Assembly: GCA_021613535.1 (NCBI GenBank)
Contig: CP075492.1
Location: 5,952,001-6,016,000, forward strand
DNA from: Adineta vaga
Lineage: Eukaryota > Animalia > Rotifera
DNA length: 64,000 nt
Direction of reading: 5' to 3'
This document shows, in pieces, positions 37,762 through 52,184 of the stretch. The notes beneath the pieces are model-generated. The model worked only from the letters and a program-made list of their open reading frames with translations, was not told where the DNA came from and did not search any database. A program made the position numbers and the translations under genes. Position 1 is the stretch's first letter, and every line of letters begins with the position of its first letter.

Positions 37762-38601
37762 ATGTCGACATTCGACGGAACCCTCACTGCTGAACAACTC
37801 GAACGTATTGAACGTAATCGTCAACGTGCACTTCAACTTCGTGCTAGTTCAACGAAACTCTATCAATCACAAGTAGTAAAAACCAATACTCCTTCCACAA
37901 CTCGTAAACAACAAATCGATTCTCATGCTGGATTCTTTCTCAATGATGATCTAACTTCAGTCGATAATCATCCAGTAACTTATGAAACAATTCCTATTAT
38001 TCATCAACCGCGAGCCGATCAATTAGATCTACTTGGCATGCCATGTAATGAATGTGAACTGACATTTTTAACCTCCTATTTATATAAAAATTTCAATGAA
38101 CCCATTTGTGATACATGTCGAGAAAAATATTCGGTGAATGATGAACAAGATGATATTGAAGATGAAAAAACAATTCGATATAGTTTAATTACACGAACAT
38201 CAGCAAAAGATAAATATTTATTAACAGATTATGATTTAGATAAACGTGAACCATTATTAAAATGTGTTGAAAAGAAAAATCCACATAATCATCGATGGGG
38301 TACTATGCGTCTTTATCTTCGTTGCCAAATTCAACGTTTAAGTGATCAAATTCATGAAGGTAAAACGGAAGAAAAAGTTCTTGAACGTGAAGAAAAAAAG
38401 TCGGAAAAAAAACGAAAAAAATACGAAAAACAAGTTGAACAATTACGATTAGATGTTCGATCAAGTTTACAAACAAAACGAATAAAAACTCTTCATGAAC
38501 ATATTTACGACGAGAAAACTACTAAATATGATGAAAAAAAAGATTTATATATAAAAACATGTATTGAATGTGGTTATCAATATGAATATGAAGAAATGTA
38601 G
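37762..38601 (+). CDS. XPA: DNA repair protein XPA (intronless)
   Basis: ERIERNRQRALQLR, IDSHAGFFL, CNEC...CDTC, LITRTSAKDKYLL, KKNPHNHRWGTMRLY, CIECGYQYEYEEM. Confidence 0.96.
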   Translation: MSTFDGTLTAEQLERIERNRQRALQLRASSTKLYQSQVVKTNTPSTTRKQQIDSHAGFFLNDDLTSVDNHPVTYETIPIIHQPRADQLDLLGMPCNECELTFLTSYLYKNFNEPICDTCREKYSVNDEQDDIEDEKTIRYSLITRTSAKDKYLLTDYDLDKREPLLKCVEKKNPHNHRWGTMRLYLRCQIQRLSDQIHEGKTEEKVLEREEKKSEKKRKKYEKQVEQLRLDVRSSLQTKRIKTLHEHIYDEKTTKYDEKKDLYIKTCIECGYQYEYEEM

Positions 38602-38933
38602 ATGACCGCTAGTTTCCTTTCTTTTTAAGTTATTCTCGCATAATTCAGATATATAGAAAAAAAGTATTTTTGTTGTTATTGAATTGAATAAAATTGAATT
38701 TATCTTGTTTGTTATTATACTTCTTATGTTACCAGTCAATAGTGACATCTGCAATTAAAATAACTCGATCCAAAAAAGAGAATCATCATATTGACTATCT
38801 AATCATATCTTTTCTTCTTTTTTTTTCTAAAATATAGTCAACATAAAGACTTAAGTAATCTCCATTGAAATCTTTGTTTTAGATCGATCTTTTTCATTCA
38901 CGTACGTAGAACATTGGAATAAAACCATCAACG

Positions 38934-40150
38934 ATGATGGAAAGTGGAGATTACAATTCAATGGGTTCAAATCGTACAACTAGTGATGATCAACAACAAC
39001 AACAGCAGCAGCAACAACAACAAGAAGGAAGAAGAAATCGAAGAGTTGATTATCGATTTTTAATTCCATCTCGTGATGCCGGAGGTTTGACATTTATTTC
39101 ATTTTAATTCAAAATGAAATTCTTTTTTCTTTATTATCTATAGCAATTATTGGTAAAGGTGGTAAAACCATTCAAGATCTTCGTTTGAAACATCGTTGTC
39201 AAATTCAAATGGCTGATTGTGAATCACCTGAGCGTGTTCTAATTATAAATGGTGATCAAAATGATGTACTCAATTGTGTATCCGATATTCTCTCAAGTAT
39301 CTATGAAAATCATCAACGATCATCGAAATCTGATCAAAGTGAAATTCGTGCTCTAATTCATCAATCCCAAGCAGGTGCATTAATTGGTAAAGGTGCATCA
39401 AGAGTGAAAGAATTTCGAGAAAAACGTATGTAAAATCGACAGATAGAATATATCGGTGGAAAATAATAATAAACAGTATTGATTTAGATAATATCGATGT
39501 GAAAATTTATCCCCAATGTTGTCCAGGTAGTTCAACAGAACGATGTAAGAAAATCTTTTTATGATTCGATTGGATCAACATATGTTTTTCTCTTTAGGTA
39601 TTTCAATGCGAGGAAATAAAGATGATGTTATCAGATGTTTAACTGAAGTTTATGGAGTGCTCGAGGGTGTACCACCACGTGGACAATATCGATATTATGA
39701 TGCATCGAATTATAATGGTTATAATGTTTCTGATTATGGAGGATATGCGGACAATCAACAACATTCTCGAGGAAATAATCCGTAAGATAGATTCACTTAT
39801 GAGGTTGATGAAACGAAAATCACTGCTTCAAACATTTTAGCTATGGACAACCTCAAGGTTATCCACAATATGGTGGCGGATATACTCCAATGCTTCATCA
39901 ACAAAGTGGACCTGTAACAACTACACAAGTAACCATTCCAACTGACTTAGCAGGTATTATCATCGGAGCAAAAGGTTCGAAAATCTCTCAAGTTCGTCAA
40001 GAATCAGGAGCATCAATAAAAATTGATTCAGAACCAATGCAAGGTACGAATGATAGATTAATAACAATAACAGGTAATCCAAATCAAATTCAACAAGCTC
40101 AATTTCTTCTCCAACAAGCTGTTCGACAATCGGGCTTATGGAATCAATAA
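38934..40150 (+). CDS. HNRNPK: Heterogeneous nuclear ribonucleoprotein K-like (3 KH domains), multi-exon
   Basis: [10 protein letters not shown]|[48 protein letters not shown]...[20 protein letters not shown]. Confidence 0.88.
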
Positions 40151-40690
40151 TTTTATTCAAGCTATCCTATGTTTACGATCATGGTGACAAATCCTGTGAG
40201 AGAAACAGATTGTTTCACTTTTTTTCTTGTTCGTTTTTAAATGCGATTGATTGCGCGTATGTTCTTCCGTTTTTGTTTACGTACGAAGAATAAAGAGAAA
40301 AAAACGAAAATATCTTCAAAATAGACTTACCACTCTGCACGTATACATACATACCAATCGTTCTTTTATTTATGTACAAAATCGAAGAAGAAAAAAACGA
40401 GAATTTACAAACAGGATATATGAAAACGGGTGAAACGAATGAAGCAAATGATTGTGAATGCAAAAAACGTTTCTTTTTTCTTTATATACAAAAAGACGAA
40501 GACAACCGGCGATTATCATCACTACAGCCAAAAAATATATACACCGGACTATACGAAAGTTTTCTTTTTCCTTCACACTGTTATTCAAGTCACCGGAGAA
40601 CATTTAAAAAAAAAGAAAATGAAACGGTTAACTATACTAAATCTTCACACGGATATCGTTTACAAATGTACAAATGTTGTAGTTTTCTGT

Positions 40691-43145
40691 TTATGTATTA
40701 AGACTGTAACTTCGTTGAGGTTTAGGAGTATATAAAAGTTCCATGTCGTTTATAATTGTGCGAACAAAACCATCCGAATTTCCAGCAACATTTTGATCTA
40801 CGAAAAAGAGAAAAAAACGATTCTAAAATACTAGCCTTCTTGAATAAAGACATACTGAGTTTTGAAACAATCAATTGATCAAGTACATTTTCAAGTGATT
40901 GAGTTGATGGTAGTGAAGCAGATTGTTCATCTTGATATCGTTTAAGTATCTCTGCTTTCATTGATGCAATGATATCAATCAAGGCTTCTAAAGTACAAAA
41001 GAAAAGAAATGTACTCAATTGTAGTTATCATGTCAGTTTATTTTATTCTTTGAAAAGTCCTGATAATATTTGGCACGTCGTCAAATGCTCTTACATAAAG
41101 GACAAATAAATGATAAAGGGAACTATAGTAGACGTTAAAGTACAAATCGTAGTTTTGTCTTCTTCCTTCTCCTCCTCCTCTGCCAAACGACGAATAGAAC
41201 TGAAGAAAAAGAAAAAAGTATGGCGACATACTGTGTTCTTCGTTAAGACCATGTAATTTCACTTTATTTGCTTCATGTTGTGCCTTTTTACGTAGACGAC
41301 AAGCTCTAAAACAAACGGAATAAGAAAAAAAAGATGTTTTTTCTTGTTTAATATTCACCTGCTAGCAATTTTATTCTTTTCTTTTTTGACTTCAGCAGTA
41401 TCATTATTGTTCGTATGATGATCAACATGATAAATTCCATGATATAAAGATGATGAATTATTTGAAAGATCACGAATTTGTTTTCCAAGTTGATAGAGTT
41501 TCAATGGATTTGGTGTAACATCATTACCATCACCTTTACGAAGTTTCGTAAATGTATGTCCTTGTGTTTGAGTTAATTTTATTTGATATACTGGATCACT
41601 GAATTCACGATGTAAATGTGGATCGCGTTCTTTTAAATATAAGATGCGTTTTGTTTTTGGTCCTTTAGATTGAACATTATATTGCCAGAAAAGTGATGAT
41701 GGATTTGATTCCGATTGTTTGTTTGTACTTGATGAAACAGTTGTTTCATTATCAGATATGATTTCATCATCTTGCATATGATCGGAAGAATTCTGTTCAA
41801 TATCCGACCAAAGATCAGGTTCACTTTGTTGTTCGATAGTGTAACTTGGACTACTTCGATCATCTAAAGATGAAGAGAGATTGATAGAATAACGTAAAGA
41901 AATTTAATGTTAAGTTTTACCTCTGTTTTCTTCTTCAGGAAAATCACCTAAAGATGAACGTTTTCGAGTCGGTGGAGTAGAATCCTCATTGTTTGATTGA
42001 TTGATTGCATACAATGTTTGTGGTTGAAAGGATGTTTGTTTACGATGATGGAAATTAGATGAAGCATTAAACGATGAAGATAATTTTGGTCTTAAACGAC
42101 GTTGTTGTTGTTGATTTTCAACTTCAGAAAAGGAATTCGATGGTGGACGAGGACACCATGTTGAATTTAATGAAACATCTGATGATGATGATAATTCATT
42201 TTGAACAGATGGCGTATCAATATACGGTGGACTTTTGAATGAATATGGATCGAATACCCGAAGATCTAAATATTAAAGTGTAAAAAACATCATTTTTCAT
42301 GCATTACGCTTGAAGGGTTAACACACAAATTTCTGACGTCATTTCTCACGGTATTTATACGCTTCAAAGCAGTTAAAGGGTTTCATTATCGTTACTAATT
42401 ATATCTATACCTCTTCAAAAGAAAATGTCGAGTTCTATTGAACTTTCTATTTAAAAGAAGAAAAAAACAAGAAAACGTACTTAATTTATGTTGTTGTGAT
42501 GAAGGTCCATCATTCATGCTAGCTGATCGAAAACGTTTGACATCTGATGAACCATTTGTATGCGTTTGTAATTGTAATGGATAAGATGTTCCAAGTACAG
42601 AATTATCTTGTTGATGAGTAAACGTCGGTAGATGTAAATTATTTGATTGAAAATATTGTTGAAATGGATTATTATTTAAACTTAATGTTGTAAATTGTGG
42701 ACTTATTCCCAATGATGAATAAGTAGATGTGGTTGTAGTTGTTGAAAAAGATTTGTTTCTATTATTATTATTCACGGTAAATGTCGATGGGAGATCATTG
42801 ATATTCAGCGGTTGAGTAAAATTTGATGTGATTAATGACGATGATGGTGTTGATGAAGGATTTTCAAGTAAATCAGAAATAGATTCTAAATCAAGGTCGA
42901 GCGGTGCGATTGATAAAGAATCATCATGTAAAATAACATCTTCATATTCATGTTTCATCATTTCATCAATTTCATTACAAAAATTATTGGTCGATGATAT
43001 TTGATCAGTCCAGTCTGCCATTGGACGATCTTTTGAATCTGTATCAAAGTAAATATTTTCTTTCGAAAGAAAAAAAAACGTCCTAAAAGTACTTACTTGG
43101 TGTAAATACTTCAGATAAATCGTTAGCTTGACTAAATCCAATCAT
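40691..43145 (-). CDS. CREBRF: CREB3 regulatory factor / REPTOR-like bZIP protein, multi-exon
   Basis: LFWQYNVQSKGPK, KLRKGDGNDVTPNP, KKEKNKIASR|ACRLRKKAQHEANKVKLHGL. Confidence 0.9.
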
Positions 43146-44562
43146 ATTTATCTAAAAACAACAAGAAGAATTTGCGAAATTACACTCAATAATAATGATT
43201 ATCAATAACATTAATTAAACAAAGCAACAGAACAAATGAAAAAATAAAAAACAATTTATTGTAATGAAAACAAAAAATATTTATTTGTTTTTCGCGTACT
43301 TACATTGAAAGTTCAGAAAAGGTTAATATAAAAACTAAGACAACTACTAACCAATCGAACTGTAATCGATTCATACTATTTTTTCCTTCTCTTCATGTCG
43401 AGGTTGTTAGAGTGCTTTTTTTTACTTGCACGCCTCGTATGAGTATTTGTTCTGTAAGATAGGAAAAGGGAGAAAGAAATGGGTTGTATGTAAAAAGAAA
43501 GAAAGAAAGAAAGAAAGAAAAAAAGAAAACGAACAAGAACTATTTTGTTTTCTATCACCCCATCTTCCTCTGTCGCTCTATGTGTATTAATCGGATAATA
43601 TCTGACAGAATACTCTCACGTCGCAAGCAGAATATTACTATATTTTTTTTCCATTGAATGTTGTTTTCGAAATAAATGATATATCACATATGCACTTAAC
43701 CTCGTATGATCATAATAAGAATTGTTCTATATAAAAAGAAAAGACTTAGTTTTAATTTGTAGTTTGATAAAAACGAAAAATGGAACACTTTGCAGATGAC
43801 GTGATCCTATGATTTCCTCGTGTTTTCAAGATATATCACATGACTAATGTCTTCATTTGAAAGATAAAATAATTGAATGTAGGGAAGAAATCGGAATCAA
43901 AAAAGAGATACGTGTATTTGTATATCGGCCGGATGATTCAATGGGAACAAGGGGGAAAAAGTAACACCTGTGTAAAGATAAGGAGCATATGTATTGTTAT
44001 TGCTATTTGTACGAGTAAGATATTATTTATTCTGTAATGAAATGAATGAGATTGGATGTTTTTTTTCGGAGGAGAGAAAAAGAAGAGAAACAGGATATTT
44101 GTGACCTTTTTTTTTACTTTAATGTTTACATAACAAGTGCGAAAAGGGGTGTGACTGCGGAAAATTTCCTCATACATTTCTAGAATATAAGAAAACTAGG
44201 GAGAAGAAGAACCGAGAAAGAAAAAGAACGAAAAAGAAAAACTTCAAAATGCTTGAAGAATTTTTTCCATTCATGATCATTTTTCATTAGTTCATACGTC
44301 GATCAATGATGAGATAATGGAGGTGAATAGGTCAAAAAACAAGATGGCTGAACTCGACTGTCATTAGTCAATAGTCTTTTGTCGCTACAATCAATTTCAA
44401 TAATACATTCGACGTAGCGCCTTTATCAAACAATCATTCATAGTAAGTAAGATTCATTCTCTTAGTTTGAATTGAAAATCACATTCTTTCTTATTTTGAC
44501 GAATCTGTCAGACAAATTTCATCGTATTGAAGAATACGTTGCATTCAAACGAATTCGATCAT

Positions 44563-47500
44563 ATGAACCCAACTTCTGCCAATAGTGGCAGTTTGGTAGG
44601 AAATTTTCAAATGAAAATATACTTGATAAGAATGATTAATCTTCTTTTTCTAATAGGGTTTGAATACCATTGTTTCAACACTTGTTCCTAATTCATCAAC
44701 GTAAGAATTCCTTGCATGAAGAACATAAATATCAATCTTATTAAATTTTAGTCGTCCATCATCAACTACAATCGTTTCGAATATATCAAACGCTTCCTCA
44801 CCTGTCAATCTTTTTGCGAATTTAACAGGAAATCTTTTCGCTTCAAATACAAATAATATCGGTTCATCGAATACATCCGCCAATCAAGGGCAATTAACTT
44901 CATCAGTAATTTTGATATCTTCGATATGAGAAGGAGAACGAGAACATTGTTTTATTTTTGATTTATTCTAGCGCCTTAAAGTGGAGGATGCACTCAATTA
45001 TCTCGATAAGGTGAAAAACCAATTTGCGCTTCAACCGCAAGTATACAATCAATTTCTGGATATTATGAAAGAATTCAAATCACAAAGGTAAGTACATGAA
45101 ATTTTAATTGAGTCTTTTATTTCCTAAAATTTTAGTATTGATACACAAGAAGTTATCAATCGTGTTTCAACACTCTTTCATGGTCATCCAGATTTGATTG
45201 TTGGTTTTAACACCTTTTTACCACCAGGTTATAAAATTGAAGTTAGTGAAGAACATCATGGTTATATTCAAGTAACTCATCCATCATCACGAACAGAATC
45301 AATTGCTATTGGAGGTCATCCAAGTACAACTTATAATCTATCTATAACAACACCAACGACAACGTATCGACAAACAGCCAATTTATTAAGTCAAGATAAT
45401 GAAGAATCAGAAATTACACAACAACAACTGCAACAATCAAATAATGCAACATCACAAGCAGTGAATGCTTTAATATCAGCTGCTACTGCACCACAAGTGC
45501 CCTATTTTGGTACAACAGGAGGTTTAAATCTATCGACAAAGACTAATAAACAACAAACACCAAATGTAAATACATCAACACAAGCATCAACAGTTGAAAA
45601 AAGTTCAAGTGGACAACCGGTAGAATTCAATCATGCAATCAATTATGTCAATAAAATCAAAAATCGTTTTCATCAGTAAGTTCTTTTCAGTTACCATGAA
45701 TGTATAAATACGAATAGATGACAATAAAGAAAGATTATCTGGTAGATAGTGATGACCTTCATTGATTAATTTAATCAATAGAAATCTGTCATATGAGAGA
45801 GTGAGAGAAAGATGTTATTCCTAACCTTAAACTATCAATCTCTAAATGATTCATACATAGCACGAAATATTGTAATTCCCTCGAAATGAAGATCTATTTT
45901 GTCCGTATGATAACGAATTATTCAAAAATCTTCATTCATTTTTTCCTCTTCTTTCAGGAGTCCAAATATCTACAAAACATTCCTTGAAATTCTTCATACA
46001 TATCAAAAACAACAAAAAGATGCCAAGGAAATTCCGTCTGGTAATTTAGCTGGCAATACGGCATCATTATTATCTACTGGAGCTGGCAATCAAGCAGCAG
46101 TATTATCAGAAACAGAAGTCTATGCTAAAGTTGCACAATTATTTACAAATCACGAAGATCTTCTCGCCGAATTCAGTCAATTTTTACCTGATGCTACACA
46201 ACAACCTACTGTGAGTATTGAAAAATTATAGAAAATCTTCTTCTTCATCATCTTTTCGTTTTTTAGGAACGTTCTAATTCAATCTCTGATATTCTCTCCT
46301 CATCCGGTAGTTCAATTCCACCAAATTTTCCATCTCAAACAAGTTCACTATCAACTACAACAGCAACAAATACGAATTCAATCGTCACAAATCCAACGCC
46401 ACGATTAATTATTAATAATCCTGTTTCTTCATCGATCACAACTACATCCACATCATCTTCTTTTTTAACAATAAATAACAATTCAAACTCATCTCCATTA
46501 TCATCACTAGCAATGTTATCAACAGCTCCTTCATTTACTGTTCTAACATCAACTACAGTGAAAGATGAAGTCACTCGTCCACCATCACCAAAACGAACGA
46601 CGACGACAACGACAACAACAACAACCGCAAGTGCATTAACTAGTACTAATAATATTTCAAATAAACGATCGGCTTCTGCATCAAAATCACCGGCAACATC
46701 CACAGCATCCACAACGTCAACTATGTTTGCCAAGAAAAAACGTCTAACTCTGACAAATAATGTTCAACCGATCTCACCAACAATTAGACATACGAGTACA
46801 ACTGAAATGATGACAACACCAAATCGAAAAACATCATCTGTTGATGATATCCACTTTTTTGATAGAGTAAAATTTTAGTTTAATCGAATTGATATCATTT
46901 TCTTTACTTTTCTCTAGGTACAAAAAACTCTTCGAAGTCCATTGGTATTTGATAATTTTCTACGCTGTATTCTTCTCTATATTAAACGAATTATATCTCG
47001 TAATGAATTGTTCGAACTAATACAATCCTATTTGAGGTATGAGACAATAATAATTGATCATCGATTTGAAATGTATTCGTATTTTTTCTTTAGTCATGTA
47101 CCCGATCTACTGAAAACATTTCAAGATTTAATCAATCAACGTGAACCAAGTGATATAATTATTCCAAAAAGTATCTATGATCAAAATGAAACTGATAGTA
47201 TGATTCATATTGGTAAGAATCTTTTTCATAACACAAACTTAAGTTGAAATTTTTCGTTCAGATTATGGTTCATGTTCTCAATATGGTACAAGTTATCGAT
47301 CTGTTCCACGTTCTTACGTACCTCCAGCATGTAGTGGTCGTACTCAATTATGTAAAGAAGTTCTCAACGATCATTGCGTTTTATTTCCAACATTTACTGA
47401 CGAATCATCATCAGTGGCATCGAAAAAAAGTGTCTATGAAGAACATATGTATAAAATCGAAGATGAACGTTTTGAATTGGATATTGTTATGGAAGTTAAT

Positions 47501-49969
47501 TTAAGTGCAATTCGTGCATTAGAAAGTGTACAATTACATATGAATTCTTTAACATCAGATCATTTGAATCATTTTCAATTGGATGATCAATTAGGTGGAC
47601 AATCAGCAGTGACACAAAAACAAGCTGTACAAAGAATATATGGTGATCGAGCGAATGAAATTATTGATGGATTGAAAAGAAATCCACGTGTTGCAGTACC
47701 TATTGTTCTGAAACGGTGAGTTTTACAATAGAGACAAGAAGATTTATATCATTTGATTGTTGTTATTTTTTGAAGATTGAAAGCAAAAGATGAAGAATGG
47801 CGTGAAGCAAAGAAAAATTTCGAACGTTTTTGGAAAGAACAAAGTGAAAAATACTATTTGAAATCGTTAGATTATATGGGTATTAATTGTAAGAATTCTG
47901 ATATTCGAATTATTCGAAATCGATTCTTATTGAATGAAATTGAAAATATTAAAGAAGAAGTAAATTTATAAATCTCATTCGTTTATGCATCATATATCTT
48001 GTATGTTTTTCTATTAGCGTGATCAACAAGTTTCATCGAATCCCAATCAACCACATTTATCATTTCGTTATGATGATTTGTCAATCCTAGATGATGCTGC
48101 ATCATTAATTGTGTTTCTTGTAAAACGTCAAATGGGTTTTGCTAAAGATGATAAACAAAATATCAAGAAAATGATTTATCAATTTCTCCCAGATTTTCTA
48201 TTTACACCAAGAGGAGAATTGAGCGATGATGAAGAAGGTATATTTTCCATTGTATTTTGAATTTATTCATACTAATTGTTTTGCTTTCTAGATGATGATG
48301 AAGATGAAAATAAACGTGATAAAAAATCTCGACCAACACGTCATACAGATACTAACCGACGACGTAATACAGAATCATCTACAGTTAAACCTCGGCAACT
48401 TGCTCAAGAATATCAAAAACCAGTATATATAACTCTTCATTTCGTTTTTCTCTATGTACATCCTCTTCTTCTTCTTCTTCTTCATCATAGGATGATATGT
48501 TTCATTTATTTTTTGTTAATGATAATTATTATTTCTTCTTTCGTCTTCATCAATTATTATGTGAACGTTTATTGAAAATGTTTCAACAATCAGTACGTTT
48601 AATTGAACAAGAAACTCGAGAATTAAATGACAATAATGCACAACGTAATCGACAACCATCAGTGGCAGCATTACTTCGTATGTCTAATCGTCGTAAGTTG
48701 ATTTTAATTGTTTTACGACGAAATCTCTTCAACATGATTTATTTATTTCTAGCAAATATACCTGTTGAAGATTATTATCCGGTCTTTCTTGATATGGTAC
48801 GAAATTTACTCGATGGTAATATGGATAGTTCATCCTATGAAGATTCATTACGTGACATGTTTGGTATTCATGCATATATCGCATTTACAATGGATAAAAT
48901 TATACAAAATTGTGTTCGACAAGTAGGATGAAAACTAATTAAGATGAACTTTTCTCTAATCTAAAATTTTGTTTTTGTAGCTTCATGCAATTGTAACTGA
49001 CGAATCATCGGATGCAATAATGCGTTTGTATTCACGTACGAGTGGTACTGGTGGTCTTGTTGATAGTCTTTATTCAACAAATCAACAAAATTTGGAAGCA
49101 GCTTATCAACGTGAAATGGAACCCTACGCTGATGCAAATCGATTATTTCGTGTTTGTTCGGTATGTTATGAGAGAATTGTGTCGAGAGAAAGAGTGTATT
49201 GTTTTTATTGTATTTTAGTTTAAGAATGATCGTCGAGTAGCAACGAATTTAATTGTTATCGATTCTTCTGATGATGAAGATGATGATAGAATCTCAGTGA
49301 ATTGGACACGTTATGTTGATTCATATATACGTGATAATGAAGGTAATCATGATGAAGCAATAACAGCACGTATACGATCGAAATTACGAAAAAATCCTCG
49401 ATTTTTACTTCGGTAAGATTGAATGAAGAAAGGAGAGAAGATATTCGATTAAGATCATTCATTTTCTGTTTTTTTTTCATTACATAGAAATATGAAAAAA
49501 CCAATGGATATGTCTGATCGATCATTGACAGAAGTAAAGACAAGAAATAATGATTATTGTCATCTTGATACAAAAACTCAGAAACGTAAACCCTATCATC
49601 GTGCTGATTTATATTTTTATAAACCAAATTCTTTATGTTCAATAAAACAAGTAAGTTTTTCTTAGTTACTCGTTCGATTAATACACACAATTTATCTTTT
49701 AGAATCATAGACGATTGTCTACGGAACAATATAATCGTTTTTCAAAATATTATCAAGAATGGTCATCAAAACATACATCAGATGATGACACAGATCCATT
49801 GCAGAACCTATGGCTTAATACACATCGATCAACGAATACCGAGCAACCAAATCTTGATATTCAATCGACATTTTCCAATGATATTAATAATCTCACTGAA
49901 CCACCATATCGTCATTATCGACAATATCATAGTGTGAATACAAAACCCAACTCAAATTTACTAACTTGA
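44563..49969 (+). CDS. SIN3: Paired amphipathic helix corepressor Sin3, multi-exon
   Basis: PAH1 [15 protein letters not shown]...[15 protein letters not shown]2 [60 protein letters not shown]. Confidence 0.96.
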
Positions 49970-50336
49970 ATGTTTATATTTTGCTTTTTCTTTCGATCAT
50001 GTCTTCGTACATATTTTGTATTTTACTTCCAGTCATTGTGTGTATCATGGACACATCCATAATGTTTTTTTCTTCTCTTCGATCTCGGTTTTCTTGTCGT
50101 ACTTGTATAACATATGTTTGTACATGTTGGATTATATTAAACGATCAAAACTTACAATTCAGATACTTATGTTTTACACATGACAATACTATCAAACCAG
50201 ACTAGAATATCTTTATTAGTGCTAATTGATTAAGAAAATTTATTCAGAATATATTCAAAGTGCATGTGAAACTTGCAGACAAAAATGTTCGGAAAGCGAG
50301 TATATTTTGATAGTTAGAAACATATATTTGATACCA

Positions 50337-50705
50337 TTAATGGGGACGATACTGACCGGGACGACCCCCAATATAACCATCTTTATTAATATCAATATGT
50401 GTTGCTCGTTCAATTTTACCAACGATACCTATAAGAAACAAACGATGTTTTATTTATTAGATAAATCCTATTCTATTTATTCTTTACCTCCACCTGGTGG
50501 TGGACGATATCCAATAACTCCATCACGATTAAAATCAACATGAGTTGCTTGTTCAAGACGAGAAGTTACACCAGGTCCACCGATTCTTCCATCACCATTT
50601 AAATCCATACCAATCTTTTCTTCAATTTTATTCATAATATAATCTATAGAAAATTAGCGAAAAACAAGCGATTTTCTTTACAATCTTCTAAAACTTACTA
50701 CTCAT
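50337..50705 (-). CDS. Small 84-aa protein with three Dx[DN]xDG motifs; exons 50705-50699, 50643-50488, 50428-50337; absent from the ORF track
   Basis: GT-AG splicing gives 255 nt: MSNYIMNKIEEKIGMDLNGDGRIGGPGVTSRLEQATHVDFNRDGVIGYRPPPGGGIVGKIERATHIDINKDGYIGGRPGQYRPH*. Confidence 0.8.
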
Positions 50706-51221
50706 ATCGCTTGTTTTTCTCCTGTTACACTGTACGCACGTTTATAAGATCTGATTGTAAATGCGTCGCACAAGAAAAGTATTTCTTTTTCTAATACAGA
50801 AGAAAAGAATCGAACGACGATGAATTGATTGGTAGCATATAAATTCTTCGTTTCAACATTCTATATTTAGTCACCAGTCATTTTTTCTTCATTCTTTATA
50901 AATGCTATAATATTTCTCAATCAATAAATAATTCTATCGTCACCAAGTAGTACACAATGACATCGAAACAGAGACTCGTATATATGGCATTCTTGTAGAT
51001 AATCTCGTATAGGTATCAGACTATCAAAGATTTAGTTTTGAGAAAAATGAGTAAGAGAATGATTGATGAAACTCATTGCACATAGTGACAGCAAAACAAA
51101 TGAGGACGTATAAAATATGAATCATCACATTCTTATCCTTGACTTTGGCCAATACACGATATTTGTTTCATTTACGTGACATCTTCTTCTACTCTAAGGT
51201 GAAGAAAAACGTTGAATTTGA

Positions 51222-52184
51222 ATGTTTAAATTAAGTACATATCAATGGTGTTGTTGGTAAGAATTTTATTGGATGTGATCAGATTCATTAATAGAAACCT
51301 AAAATTTTAATAGGTGCAGTGTTCCACGTGTCAAGAAACATTCCAATGCTGTTCTTCATCATTTGACAAGTCATCCATACTATCAACCAGATTCTGAAAC
51401 TATTCCACTTGATTCTCATTCAGTCGAAGGTACCGGAACGGAAGATAATCCATTTATTATCTACCGTCATTCGAATTTAATTGGAAGAACAAATCTTAAA
51501 CATTTACGTTTCGTTTGTGTATCCGATACACATAATCAAATCGATCAAATTCATATTCCACATGGTGATGTTTTCATTCATTGTGGTGATGCAGTTAATT
51601 ATAAAACAAGTTCTCGTGATATCAGAAAATTTAATGAATTTATTGGAACACTTCCACATAGACGTAAGTTGTTTGTTAGCGGAAATCATTGTGTTTGTCT
51701 CAATCCAAAACGACCAGATCAAAGTCAAAAATTATTAAGTAATATGATATATTTACAAGATCAATTGATTGATATTGATGGTGTTCGTATTTACGGAACT
51801 CCATGGCGACCAAAACGTGGATGTTTCTATCGTGCTGAAGCATTTGGTTATGATCCAAATGATATTGGAACTGATAAATGGTCAAATATTCCTGAAGATA
51901 TTGATATTCTTCTTACACATACTCCACCTTATAGTATTCGAGATTTTAATTCAGGTTGTCCATATTTATTAGATGAAATTGTTGGACGAGTACGTCCACG
52001 TATACATATGTTTGGTCATATGCATGGTGGTCGAGGTGCTAGTCTATACAGAAGTGAAGATAATCGAAGATTAGAAGGTGATCGATTGAATTCAAGAGTA
52101 AATAATGATATTCTTTTTCTAAATCTTGCTATTCATCAAGGAAGAAAGCTTGGTAAAGCAGTAGTGACAGATTATTATTATTAA
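51222..52184 (+). CDS. Metallophosphoesterase (MPPED/239FB-like), copy 1, 2 exons
   Basis: VCVSDTH, HCGD, SGNH, IYGTPWRP, LLTHTPP, FGHMH; short first exon MFKLSTYQWCC. Confidence 0.88.

Noticed and set aside
45677-45957. Possible intronic C/D snoRNA in the long SIN3 intron
   Set aside because: A GTGATGA is present but no matching CTGA box or terminal stem could be seen.
46335-46733. Val-rich antisense ORF (similar cases at 24796-25067, 49256-49729, 50226-50543)
   Set aside because: Antisense shadows of low-complexity or real exons on the opposite strand.
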